Positions 50,639-59,616 of a stretch of DNA of 64,000 nucleotides are shown here, piece after piece. Each line of letters begins with the position of its first letter. Positions within the stretch are counted from its first letter, which is position 1. Under the pieces are notes generated by a model that ran no database searches, was not told the DNA's origin, and worked only from the letters and a program-made list of their open reading frames with translations. The position numbers and the translations under genes are program-made. The stretch comes from an uncultured Candidatus Saccharibacteria bacterium. Its GTDB lineage: Bacteria > Patescibacteriota > Minisyncoccia > Phycocordibacterales > JAKAEA01. The DNA is taken from assembly GCA_964577595.1 (NCBI GenBank), contig CAZNZK010000002.1:86163-150162 (forward strand), read 5' to 3'.

Positions 50639-50644
50639 TATATA

Positions 50645-50914
50645 TTATTTTTTCTTCAAATTCAGCTTTTTAGCCAATGAGCTATAGCGACGAGGGCTTT
50701 TTTTGTGCAAATATTTCATATGGCTCTGGCGATCGGCAACCATCTGTAAAAGGCCGCGGCGGGAGTGTTTATCCTTAGCGTGTTTCTTTAAATGTGAAGC
50801 CAATTCCTCAATACGGCGAGTTAAAAGGGCGATTTGGACTTCCGGCGAACCAGTGTCCGTCTCGTGAACGGCCATTACCTTGATGACATTGGCTTTTTTC
50901 GTCTTGGTTAACAT
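50645..50914 (-). CDS. rpsO: 30S ribosomal protein S15
   Basis: DTGSPEVQIALLT, HAKDKHSRRGL. Start taken at ATG 50914. Confidence 0.96.
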   Translation of the reverse strand: MLTKTKKANVIKVMAVHETDTGSPEVQIALLTRRIEELASHLKKHAKDKHSRRGLLQMVADRQSHMKYLHKKSPRRYSSLAKKLNLKKK

Positions 50915-50981
50915 GGGGGCAATAATAGCATGGATAGACCTTTTTTGCAAGACGGGGTACCACTTTTAAGCCAAACGAAAA

Positions 50982-51012
50982 CCCCACGAAAATCAATGGG
51001 ATTTCCGTGGGG
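50982..51012 (-). terminator. Intrinsic terminator downstream of the 51028-51441 gene
   Basis: CCCCACGAAAATC / GATTTCCGTGGGG stem with a T-run on the minus strand. Confidence 0.6.
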
Positions 51013-51027
51013 CGTTGTATACCCTGG

Positions 51028-51441
51028 TCATTTTTTACTGAGAATACGGACATCAAAGGTTCCGTCCGAGAGTTTGTGGTAATTGTGTATAAACGTGGGT
51101 AGTTGTCTCAAGCTATACGGTACTACTAGGCTCCATCTACCGTTGTAGCAGATTCCCTCAATGCGGAACTTAGGATTGCAATAACGCTTCCTCCTGCTTT
51201 TAGTAGATATGGAAATGTCGATAAAACAGCTTAACTCGGGGAGGAAACGGAACTCAATCTCATCGACACTTTCTTCAATCACTACTGGTCGCAGGATGAA
51301 AGTGTTCCACCCTTTTTCTTCCCCATCGTCATAGGTCAGAAGGTGGACGGCAAAAACGGCATCCAGTGCATTTTGCACACTCAGGCCGAGCTCGCCTAGT
51401 AACGATTTGGTCGTTTTTAGACTCTTATTGAGTTCAGACAT
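51028..51441 (-). CDS. Hypothetical protein
   Basis: 137-aa ORF with SD AGGAGG, an upstream TTGACA-18-TAAAAT promoter (51539-51510) and its own terminator. Confidence 0.6.
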   Translation of the reverse strand: MSELNKSLKTTKSLLGELGLSVQNALDAVFAVHLLTYDDGEEKGWNTFILRPVVIEESVDEIEFRFLPELSCFIDISISTKSRRKRYCNPKFRIEGICYNGRWSLVVPYSLRQLPTFIHNYHKLSDGTFDVRILSKK

Positions 51442-51593
51442 TTTATCCTCCTAAATTTGGAAGGTTTTCATGTTGAGGCGAGCACACTGCTCCCCTGTAT
51501 TCTATTTACATTTTAGCACGAAAAAACTAGTTATGTCAAGAACATGTAGTGGCTCAATAGCTTGAAAAACTGCTACGGGATATACTTGCCATA

Positions 51594-52526
51594 ATGACCA
51601 TTTCTGAATTACAGCGGCAGTTCCTGGAATATGTGGAAATTGAGCGGGGGCGGAGCTTAAAAACGGTGGCTAATTATGAGCACTATATAGCGCGCTTTTT
51701 GGAGCAAACGAAGGTAAAGCGGCCGGAAGATATTACCGATGAAGTGATGCGCCAATTTCGGCTATGGCTCAATAGGCAGAGTGCTGGCAAGCGGGCCACG
51801 CGCGGGCAGGAAACGCTTAAGAAAAAAACTCAAAATTACTATTTGATTGCGGTGCGGGCGTTTTTGAAGTATTTGGCGAGGCGGGGCATAAAATCGCTGG
51901 CGCCGGAGCGTATTGAGTTAGCAAAAGTGCCGGAGCGCTCCATTGATCTTATTTCTACAGCTGAGCTCAATCGCCTCCTAGCAGCCCCAAAGGATACTGA
52001 TTTAAAAAGCTTGCGCGATAAGGCCATGCTGGAAATGCTTTTTTCCACGGGCTTGCGCGTTTCCGAGCTGTGTTCTCTACCAGCCGACCTAGACCTTTCT
52101 AAGGATGAATTTTCCGTGCGCGGCAAGGGTGAAAAGGTGCGGGTTGTTTTTCTTTCGGAATCCGCTCGGCAGGCGGTGAAAGCCTATTTGGCCAAGCGCG
52201 ACGATATGGACGACGCTCTCTTCATTCATTACGGCAAGCAGGCGGCCATGCTTGCTAATAAGGATCAGTCGCTCCGGCTCACGCCGCGCTCGGTGCAACG
52301 TATTGTTAAGTTTTATGCTATTAAGGCGGGCATCACTCGCAACGTAACTCCACACGTGGTGCGTCACAGTTTTGCCACTGACTTGCTGGAGAACGGCGCC
52401 GACTTGCGCTCGGTGCAGGCGCTTTTGGGGCATGCTAATATTTCCACAACGCAAGTGTATACGCACGTCACCGACAAGCACTTAAAAGAGATTCACCAAA
52501 AATTTCACGGCAAGATGCGAAAATAA
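51594..52526 (+). CDS. XerC/XerD family tyrosine recombinase
   Basis: STGLRVSEL, VRGKGEKVR, TPHVVRHSFAT, LLGHANISTTQVY. Confidence 0.95.
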   Translation: MTISELQRQFLEYVEIERGRSLKTVANYEHYIARFLEQTKVKRPEDITDEVMRQFRLWLNRQSAGKRATRGQETLKKKTQNYYLIAVRAFLKYLARRGIKSLAPERIELAKVPERSIDLISTAELNRLLAAPKDTDLKSLRDKAMLEMLFSTGLRVSELCSLPADLDLSKDEFSVRGKGEKVRVVFLSESARQAVKAYLAKRDDMDDALFIHYGKQAAMLANKDQSLRLTPRSVQRIVKFYAIKAGITRNVTPHVVRHSFATDLLENGADLRSVQALLGHANISTTQVYTHVTDKHLKEIHQKFHGKMRK

Positions 52527-52538
52527 TTGCAAAAATAT

Positions 52539-53309
52539 ATGAAATTAATTTCCTGGAATGTAAATGGTTTGCGCGCCCTGCATCGCAAGGGTAATTTGGG
52601 ATGGCTTTTTGAACAGAAGGCCGATTTTCTGTGCTTGCAGGAAGTGAAAGCGGAACCGGATCAGTTGCCGGATGAAGCTAAGACGCCGGCCGGCTTCTAT
52701 CCTTATTTTGATTTCTCCAAGGGCCGCAAGGGTTATAGTGGTGTGGCTATTTACGCTAAAGAACAGCCTATGAAGGTGGCATATGGCATGGGTATTGCCG
52801 AATTGGATAGTGAAGGGCGTTTCATTGCTCTTTTTTATAAAGATTTTGTAGTGCTGAATATTTATTTTCCTAATGGCGGTGGTGGGCCGGAGCGATTGGC
52901 TTTCAAGCTACGTTTTTATGATGCGTTTTTGGTATACATTGAGAAAATTCGTAAGAGCGGCAAAAAAGTTATTTTCTGTGGCGACATTAATACGGCGCAC
53001 GAAGCGATTGACTTGGCTCGGCCGAAAGAAAACGAGGAGAATACGGGCTTTTTGCCCGAAGAGCGGGCATGGCTTGATGAGGTTGTGGCTGCCGGATATG
53101 TGGACACATTTCGCCACTTCTACCCTACTAAAACTGGTGCTTATACCTACTGGGACATGAAAACCGCCGCTCGCGAGCGTAATGTGGGTTGGCGCATTGA
53201 CTACTTTTTTGTTTCTAATGATGTGGTGCCAAAATTAAAATCGGTGAAAATCCATAGTGAGGTGCTTGGTTCCGATCACTGCCCTCTTGAAATAGTTGTG
53301 AGTTTGTAA
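52539..53309 (+). CDS. xth: Exodeoxyribonuclease III
   Basis: ISWNVNGLR, LQEVK, GYSGV, YFPNG, CGDIN, GWRIDY, SDHCP. Confidence 0.96.
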   Translation: MKLISWNVNGLRALHRKGNLGWLFEQKADFLCLQEVKAEPDQLPDEAKTPAGFYPYFDFSKGRKGYSGVAIYAKEQPMKVAYGMGIAELDSEGRFIALFYKDFVVLNIYFPNGGGGPERLAFKLRFYDAFLVYIEKIRKSGKKVIFCGDINTAHEAIDLARPKENEENTGFLPEERAWLDEVVAAGYVDTFRHFYPTKTGAYTYWDMKTAARERNVGWRIDYFFVSNDVVPKLKSVKIHSEVLGSDHCPLEIVVSL

Positions 53310-53339
53310 GCCTATAAAATAGGACGTATCATAGAGAGT

Positions 53340-54110
53340 ATGAAAAAAATACTCATTTTCTTGGTTGTGGTTATAGCGGCCGCTATTGGTTTTGTCGCTG
53401 GTAAGTCTTATTTTTCGGGGCAATCGACGGCACTTGTGGCGGGCGGCCAGGCTATTCCGGCCGGAGCCGCCACTACACCAGTAAGTGTTGTATCGCTCTT
53501 TGAGCCGGGCGCGAGCTCTTCGCCTATGGTGTCGGTGGAATATCCGCAGTTTTCAGGCGCTAATTCAGCCTTCAATCAAGCCATTTCTTCGTCAACGCTG
53601 GGTACTTTGGCTGATTTTCGCCAATCATCCAGTGATAATCAAGCCTTATCACAATCCAACGGTGCGCCGATTATTCCCCTCTCAAGCTATACATTCAATG
53701 CTTCTTGGCAGAATGCTCAGGTGAATAGCCGGTATATCAGTTTTGTTGAGCGCTATTCATATTGGAATGGAGGTGCTAGCGAAATTAATGATTTGCAAAC
53801 ATTTAATTATGATGTCGGCTCCGGCAAAATTATGACGCTGGCGGATCTCTTTCCGAATTTTCCTGATTACCTTAAGCGCATTGCTCGCACAGCCAAGCAG
53901 CAGCTTTCGGAAAATCTGAATGCTGGCAGTTCTGGTGACGCATTTCTCACTGAAATGATTAACGAAGGCACCCAACCCACTGTTGATAATTTTCAATTAT
54001 TCACGTTCACCGACTTCTCGGTGACACTCTATTTTCCGCAATGTTCAGTGGCCGCCTGCTCTTACGGCGAGCAAAAAGTGACTCTACCGCGTGATATTTC
54101 CAGTTTGTAA
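53340..54110 (+). CDS. DUF3298/DUF4163 (RsiV/PdaC-like) membrane-anchored protein
   Basis: N-terminal TM, VEYPQF, GGA...TFNYD...LADLF, LYFPQCSVAACSYG. Confidence 0.75.
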   Translation: MKKILIFLVVVIAAAIGFVAGKSYFSGQSTALVAGGQAIPAGAATTPVSVVSLFEPGASSSPMVSVEYPQFSGANSAFNQAISSSTLGTLADFRQSSSDNQALSQSNGAPIIPLSSYTFNASWQNAQVNSRYISFVERYSYWNGGASEINDLQTFNYDVGSGKIMTLADLFPNFPDYLKRIARTAKQQLSENLNAGSSGDAFLTEMINEGTQPTVDNFQLFTFTDFSVTLYFPQCSVAACSYGEQKVTLPRDISSL

Positions 54111-54384
54111 TCCCAGGTTATCCTTTTTTGTCCACAGAGCTCAGAGTTGTCCACAGATTGCTGTTGTGTTTTGTTGCCCGTGCGCTATACTCTTAATCAG
54201 AGGAATGAAAGCAAGCGATGTGTTGAGAATTTAATGACTACGTTGGTTCGCCAATTACGTCATTTCTTCTTCCATCATAAATGCACCAAATCTTCATTCT
54301 TTAGCACATTAAGGTAAGTGCAGTTCAGTAAATATCTTCCCAAGACCTCCGCGTCGGATAGTTCTTTCGGGAAGACACAAACAT

Positions 54385-54417
54385 GAAGGCGTCCATCTCC
54401 GGGACGCCTTCTTTTTT
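54385..54417 (+). terminator. Intrinsic terminator
   Basis: GAAGGCGTCC / GGACGCCTTC 10-bp stem followed by TTTTTT. Confidence 0.85.
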
Positions 54418-54451
54418 GTTTGGTTTTCCTCTTTCTTTTTTTTTCGACTAA

Positions 54452-55915
54452 CTATTTTACGAAATGTTTTTTGCGGAGTTCCTCAACTTCTTTTTGTTCT
54501 TCAGTATTGGCTTTTGCACGGGCTTTTTTATCAAGTTCAACGAGGGCTTTTTCGCTTAATGTGGCTAATTCTATAGCTTTTTTGTCTAAGTAGTCTTCGG
54601 TATTCAGGGCGGGATTTTCCAGAACTTCTTCAAGAAGAATGCGAAGAATAAAACCAAGCTTGGGCCCGGGTTTTTCATTGGTGACCTTCATGATACGTGC
54701 GCCGTCAGTTTTGAGCATGCCAACGGAAATAGGGTCGCGCATAACCTCTTCTATCATGGCGTGATATTTGCGCAGACGGTATGGATTTTCTTTTGGTCGG
54801 CCGGTGCCGATGCGGTCAGCGGCACGGATGTCCATTAATTGCCAAATATTTTCTTTGCCGACGTTGGTGAGTAAGCGACGCACGGCGGAGGGTGTGACCA
54901 ATTCCGTGTCAGAAAAAAACATATGCCAACGCACAAGTTTTGTTACCAGGTCAACAGTTTTTTTAGGAAATTTTAAGTCACTCAGGATTTTTTTCGTCAT
55001 GCGGGCACCCACAACTTCATGGCCGTAGAAGGTCCATTTTTCAACGCCCTGCTTACGAGTAGGCGGTTTGCCTATATCGTGGAAGAGGGCGGCTAGGCGA
55101 ACTTCTAGTGGCCAGCCACGATCAGCAGTGTGTTGCAGGGCACGCAGAATATGTTCCAGCACATCATAGATATGTGTGCCGCCCTGTTCCATACCAGCGC
55201 CAACTTCTATTTCGGGTGCGATAAATTTCAAGATGCCAAGCTTGCGCGCAATCTCTAATCCCCTCTTTGGATTATCCGACATGAGGATTTTTGTAAATTC
55301 ATCACGAATACGCTCCTTGGAAATATTTTTGAGTAGTTCTGAATTGGCAAAAATCGCTTTTTCAGTTTTTTCTTCTATGTTGAAATTTAGTTCAGCGCAA
55401 AAACGAACGGCTCGGAGCATGCGCAAGGCGTCTTCCTGAAAACGATCTTCCGGCTTTCCCACTGCCCGAATAGTAGTGTCCTTTATATCTTGCTGTCCTT
55501 TATATGGGTCATGTAACTTACCACGAATATCAAGGGCAATAGCGTTAACCGTGAAATCACGTCTTTGTAGGTCCTCATCAAGGGTTTGGGCGAATTTAAC
55601 GCTTTCTGGGTGACGATTGTCGGTATAATCCCCCTCTATCCTATAGGGCGTAACTTCAACGGTTTTAAGTGTTTCATCAGAAACATCGTCGGTCACAATA
55701 GCTACAGTTCCATAGCTGTTTTCATAAAAAGTGTGTGGAAAGAGTTTTTGGATCTGTTCAGGGTTGGCATTAGTGGTAATATCCCAATCTTTCGGCAGGC
55801 GCTGGTACAAAAGATCACGAACACAGCCACCAACCAAATATGCTTCAAACCCTGCTTTTTCCAGGGTTTCCGCTATATCTTTAACAAGATGAGGTATTTT
55901 CTGGGAAATTGACAT
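54452..55915 (-). CDS. cca: CCA tRNA nucleotidyltransferase with HD domain
   Basis: LVGGCVRD, DWDITT, RRDFTVNA, EDALRMLRAVRF, FHDIGKP. Start taken at ATG 55915, since the longer ORF overlaps a tRNA. Confidence 0.93.
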   Translation of the reverse strand: MSISQKIPHLVKDIAETLEKAGFEAYLVGGCVRDLLYQRLPKDWDITTNANPEQIQKLFPHTFYENSYGTVAIVTDDVSDETLKTVEVTPYRIEGDYTDNRHPESVKFAQTLDEDLQRRDFTVNAIALDIRGKLHDPYKGQQDIKDTTIRAVGKPEDRFQEDALRMLRAVRFCAELNFNIEEKTEKAIFANSELLKNISKERIRDEFTKILMSDNPKRGLEIARKLGILKFIAPEIEVGAGMEQGGTHIYDVLEHILRALQHTADRGWPLEVRLAALFHDIGKPPTRKQGVEKWTFYGHEVVGARMTKKILSDLKFPKKTVDLVTKLVRWHMFFSDTELVTPSAVRRLLTNVGKENIWQLMDIRAADRIGTGRPKENPYRLRKYHAMIEEVMRDPISVGMLKTDGARIMKVTNEKPGPKLGFILRILLEEVLENPALNTEDYLDKKAIELATLSEKALVELDKKARAKANTEEQKEVEELRKKHFVK

Positions 55916-55981
55916 AAGTACTCCCCTATTGTGCCTCACTTTTTGCTTTTTATCCAGCAACAGCGTACTATTTTGAGGAAT

Positions 55982-56057
55982 GCGCCCGTAGCTCAACGGA
56001 TAGAGCACTTGGCTTCGAACCAAGGGGTTGTGGGTTCAAATCCTGCCGGGCGCACCA
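55982..56057 (+). tRNA. tRNA-Arg(TCG)
   Basis: GCGCCCG/CGGGCGC acceptor stem, anticodon loop CTTCGAA, encoded CCA. Confidence 0.95.
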
Positions 56058-56198
56058 CGGGGTACCACTCTGGAATGGTTTAATCCACTCCGTTACTGTC
56101 ATTATTGTTGCTATGTAAATTTGGAGAAAATAAAGTTTTGCTCTATACTACTGTTTGTTCAATTGTTGTTGGAAAAAGTGTACCTTTTCGGTAAATTA

Positions 56199-56272
56199 GC
56201 GGGCATGGTTTAGTGGTAGAACGCGTCCTTGCCAAGGACGAGACGGGAGTTCGATTCTCCCTGCCCGCACCA
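56199..56272 (+). tRNA. tRNA-Gly(GCC)
   Basis: GCGGGCA/TGCCCGC acceptor stem, anticodon loop TTGCCAA, encoded CCA. Confidence 0.95.
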
Positions 56273-56467
56273 CCGTTTCCTCTGTCTCTTAGGTTTTACT
56301 CAAAATATAAGCAAGTAACCGGCCGTTTTGATGCAGATGTGGGGATAAGTCGGGGGATATGTGTATAAAAGACAGTAAAAGTCACATGAAAGCCGTCTTT
56401 TATGGCTAACTACTGTCTAAATAGTTTCACGTGCTACTATGTTATTTATGTAACCAATTTATAGGCC

Positions 56468-56860
56468 ATGAGAACAGAAAAGAGGAAAATTGGGGATCTC
56501 GGTGAAGCTCTTGCTCGTAGGTTCCTCGTGAAAAATGGCTTTAGTGTGTTACAAAGGAACTTTCTACGGCCATGCGGTGAAATAGACATAGTTGCCGCCA
56601 AGGAAGGTACTATCTATTTTGTTGAAGTTAAAACCGTTACATATAGAACATTTTCGGCAAATAAAGGGTGGGGAAGTCATAATCCTGAAGAAAACGTGGG
56701 TAGTTTGAAGCTTGGCCGGATGCGAAGGGTTGTAGCTGTGTATCTCAGAGAGAAAAGGGTCAAAAAAGACTTCAAATTCATGGTTATTTCCGTATCTGTG
56801 GAAAACTTACCGAACGGAAATATACGGCCAAGATACAGTGTCCTTTATGATGTCCTTTAG
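56468..56860 (+). CDS. YraN (UPF0102) family putative nuclease
   Basis: GDLGEALA, RNF...GEIDIVA, FVEVK. Confidence 0.9.
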   Translation: MRTEKRKIGDLGEALARRFLVKNGFSVLQRNFLRPCGEIDIVAAKEGTIYFVEVKTVTYRTFSANKGWGSHNPEENVGSLKLGRMRRVVAVYLREKRVKKDFKFMVISVSVENLPNGNIRPRYSVLYDVL

Positions 56861-56949
56861 CATAAAGCCTGTGTCTTTTAGTGTCCTTTTGTTGTCCTAA
56901 AAGAAATAGGAGAAAATATTTATTCGTGCTACTATGTTGCTTCAATCAG

Positions 56950-57021
56950 CGGAGTGTGGTGTAACGGTAACATGCCTGTTTTGGGAACAGGTGACTCCGG
57001 GTTCGAATCCCGGCACTCCGA
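56950..57021 (+). tRNA. tRNA-Pro(TGG)
   Basis: CGGAGTG/CACTCCG acceptor stem, anticodon loop TTTGGGA, GGTTCGAATCC T-arm. Confidence 0.95.
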
Positions 57022-57061
57022 CCTTTTAATCCAGCACCACTTTCACTAATGTCGTCTAAAA

Positions 57062-57385
57062 ATGAGTTCCACTTTTACTAAAACCGTAGAAGACTTTGTG
57101 TGTGAACACTGCGGCACTGCTGTTAAGGGCGATGGCTTTACAAATCATTGCCCTGTTTGTTTGTGGTCTAAACACGTAGACATTTACCCTGGTGATCGTA
57201 AAAACTCGTGTGGGGGCATTATGGAGCCCGTAGAGATGGTACTTAAGGCAGGGAAGTATGACATTTTCCACGTCTGTCTCGTTTGTGGTTCTAAGCGTCT
57301 CAATAAAACCTCAAAAGCCGATGATTTTTCAGCCATCCTTGCAGTTTCCTCGGGCGCAAGTCAACGTCGTTCGCATCGCCGGTAA
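57062..57385 (+). CDS. RNHCP domain protein
   Basis: FVCEHCG, TNHCPVCLWSKHVD, PGDR...CGG.M, HVCLVCG. Confidence 0.88.
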   Translation: MSSTFTKTVEDFVCEHCGTAVKGDGFTNHCPVCLWSKHVDIYPGDRKNSCGGIMEPVEMVLKAGKYDIFHVCLVCGSKRLNKTSKADDFSAILAVSSGASQRRSHRR

Positions 57386-57430
57386 GTTAAAAGTTGAACA
57401 ATAGAATAGTTTTTGCTATGATGGCTATTT

Positions 57431-58093
57431 ATGAGCAAATTAGAACTAAAAGGAGAAGCTCTTAAGCTTCGGGAATTGGGGTATTCATATTCCCATATTG
57501 TCAGTAAAGTGCCAGTTTCAAAAGGAACTCTTTCCTCATGGTTATCCGGCGTTCCATATGTTCCCAATGAATTTAGTAAAAAGAATGCCGCAAAGGGTCT
57601 TCTTGCCGCAATACAGGCAAAACGCAAGCAGAAAGAACTCTCTTTTTCCAATGCCCGCTTATATGCCGAGAAAGACATCGGCTCTTTGACTAAGCGAGAT
57701 GTATTCATGCTTGGTTTAGGCGTTTACATAGGAGAGGGAAGTAAGACGCATAATATTATTCGTATAGTTAATTCAGATCCTAAAATCATTTCTTTTGCGA
57801 TACGATGGTTTAAAGAGGTTTCCGGTATCAAAAACTCTAATTTTGTTATTCGGCTCCATTTATATCCCGATAATACTATTTCCGAAGCTATAAAATTTTG
57901 GTCACTCAAAACAGGTATACCGCCCTCCCAATTCCAGAAAATTTCTGTAGATTCTCGTAAAAATAAAGTCTCCAAGAAAGGCAAACTGCCTTATGGTACA
58001 GCGCATCTTTCGGTGGTTAGTCGCGGTAATAAGGAATTCGGTGTACTATTGGCACGCAGAATAGGCGCATGGATTGAAAAAGCGCTAGAATAA
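57431..58093 (+). CDS. HTH + LAGLIDADG-like hypothetical protein abutting tRNA-Gly
   Basis: N-terminal LRELGYSYSHI...VSKGTLSSW HTH; LGLGVYIGEGSK resembles a LAGLIDADG helix; NSDPKII; AT-rich. Confidence 0.65.
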   Translation: MSKLELKGEALKLRELGYSYSHIVSKVPVSKGTLSSWLSGVPYVPNEFSKKNAAKGLLAAIQAKRKQKELSFSNARLYAEKDIGSLTKRDVFMLGLGVYIGEGSKTHNIIRIVNSDPKIISFAIRWFKEVSGIKNSNFVIRLHLYPDNTISEAIKFWSLKTGIPPSQFQKISVDSRKNKVSKKGKLPYGTAHLSVVSRGNKEFGVLLARRIGAWIEKALE

Positions 58094-58100
58094 AGAATAA

Positions 58101-58174
58101 GCGGGCATAGTTTAGTGGTAGAATGGCACACTTCCAATGTGCATACGGGAGTTCGATTCTCCCTGCCCGCACCA
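58101..58174 (+). tRNA. tRNA-Gly(TCC)
   Basis: GCGGGCA/TGCCCGC acceptor stem, anticodon loop CTTCCAA, encoded CCA. Confidence 0.95.
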
Positions 58175-58194
58175 GGTAATTTATTTTAAAAATC

Positions 58195-58644
58195 ATGTCA
58201 CCAGAAAAGAAAAAAGTGGGAGCGGGGTTTGGGGTTATTCTGGAAAAGGATGGAAAAATTCTTATGGGTATGCGGCACCCGGATCCCGACAAAGCCGACT
58301 CAGCATTTAGAAGTGCGGGGGAGTGGAGTTTGCCTGGCGGCAAAATGGAGTGGGGCGAAACCTTTGAAGAGGGTGCTATTCGCGAGGTGAAAGAAGAAAC
58401 GGGCATTACTATTAAGAACCCACAGGTTATTTCCGTGCATAATTGTAAAAACCAACACGCTCACTTTATGACGGTGGGCCTCCTAACACACGAATGGAAA
58501 GGGGAGGCACGGGTGATGGAGCCAGATGAAATGGTGGAGTGGAAATGGTTTGATTTGAAGAGTTTGCCCAGCCCGCGCTATTTCCCAAGCTTTGAAGTTA
58601 TTGAAAATTATCTGCAAAAGAAGTTTTATATACCGAGAAAGTAG
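58195..58644 (+). CDS. NUDIX hydrolase
   Basis: Nudix box GGKMEWGETFEEGAIREVKEETGI. Confidence 0.93.
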   Translation: MSPEKKKVGAGFGVILEKDGKILMGMRHPDPDKADSAFRSAGEWSLPGGKMEWGETFEEGAIREVKEETGITIKNPQVISVHNCKNQHAHFMTVGLLTHEWKGEARVMEPDEMVEWKWFDLKSLPSPRYFPSFEVIENYLQKKFYIPRK

Positions 58645-58666
58645 GTTGTGATATAATTGTGATTAT

Positions 58667-59059
58667 ATGGAAGGAGTGCCAACAAGCGGAGAAAATCAGG
58701 ATAATAAAAACGAGCAAGAGGTTTCTTTTGAGCAGCAAAAAAGTTTAGCAGATGCATTGGCTCAAGCCGTAAATAAAAGAAACGACTTTATTCGTGAGCA
58801 AGGGTATGGCAGTTCCGAAGATTTTTTTGAGGTTGGCCATCATGTGCCTGGCGTCGACGCAGTTTATGACCAACTTGAGGGGGTTGTAACACAAGCAACC
58901 AAAGATTTTGATGCGGGAGTGGCTGATAAGGCAAAATTTGCAGAATGGTTGCGTGCTTCAGGGGATGTTGCCACCGCGGATATGATTACTGGAATGTTTG
59001 GTCTATCTACGAAGAAAAAGAGTGGGCTATTCTCAAGGTTTTTCAAAGGCAAAAAGTAG
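58667..59059 (+). CDS. Hypothetical protein
   Basis: 130-aa ORF with upstream TGATATAAT and an amphipathic C-terminal KKKSGLFSRFFKGKK (membrane-targeting-like). Confidence 0.6.
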   Translation: MEGVPTSGENQDNKNEQEVSFEQQKSLADALAQAVNKRNDFIREQGYGSSEDFFEVGHHVPGVDAVYDQLEGVVTQATKDFDAGVADKAKFAEWLRASGDVATADMITGMFGLSTKKKSGLFSRFFKGKK

Positions 59060-59084
59060 TTTTTATAATTTAAATAGTAGCAAC

Positions 59085-59120
59085 AAAAAACCGCCCCATT
59101 TGATTAGGGCGGTTTTTTTT
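59085..59120. terminator. Bidirectional intrinsic terminator
   Basis: AAAAAACCGCCC-loop-GGGCGGTTTTTTTT between convergent genes. Confidence 0.85.
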
Positions 59121-59144
59121 GCTACCAAAGTGGTGCTGGATATA

Positions 59145-59417
59145 CTATCTTACTGCTTCCTTGAGAGCCTTAGCGGCGCGGAATTTAGGAACGCGCATGG
59201 CAGGGACATCAACCATAGCGCCGGTGCGCGGGTTGCGGGCCTTGCGGGCGGCGCGTTGCTTGGCGATAAAAATACCCAAACCGGCGATTGAAACCTCATC
59301 GCCCTTCTTGAGACCTTCAACGATGCTACTAATCATGGTCTCTACTGCTTCCTCGGCCTGAGTCTTGGTGCCGCCGAGCTTGGCATGGACCGCATCTACG
59401 ATACTTGCTTTGTTCAT
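59145..59417 (-). CDS. hup: HU family DNA-binding protein
   Basis: MNKAS, GLGIF, RAARKARNPRTG, VPKFRAAKALKEAV. Confidence 0.95.
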   Translation of the reverse strand: MNKASIVDAVHAKLGGTKTQAEEAVETMISSIVEGLKKGDEVSIAGLGIFIAKQRAARKARNPRTGAMVDVPAMRVPKFRAAKALKEAVR

Positions 59418-59616
59418 AGTATGTATTGATTATTGATAATTAGCGACGTTTGTCGTTGGCGGTATTATATAATAGGCCGTATTTTAGCGATAGTGCTTAA
59501 AAATTGCGAAACGAAGCACCACTTTTGGCAACTTTTAGGGAATTCCCAAATGTTACAGGCAATTTTTGAATATTTTTTTGGATTTCGTCGCGAAAAACTG
59601 GTGCTGGACCCCGATT

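Noticed and set aside
51510-51541. dif-like sequence (..TTATGTCAAG) upstream of the xer recombinase
   Set aside because: Better explained as a minus-strand TTGACA...TGCTAAAAT promoter. The left arm is a poor match, and the locus is near the origin, not the terminus.
51594-52526. Tyrosine recombinase as a prophage or ICE integrase
   Set aside because: Size and motifs fit housekeeping XerC/D; it is adjacent to xth with no att sites or phage genes.
54452-56023. Extended 523-aa start for cca, and similar long starts for mutM, ruvC, yidC, rpsO and tsaE
   Set aside because: The extensions overlap tRNAs or neighbouring genes; downstream ATGs match family N-termini.
56243-58174. 30-nt direct repeat ACGGGAGTTCGATTCTCCCTGCCCGCACCA suggesting attL/attR
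   Set aside because: Both copies are the 3' halves of complete tRNA-Gly isoacceptors, and no integrase lies between them.
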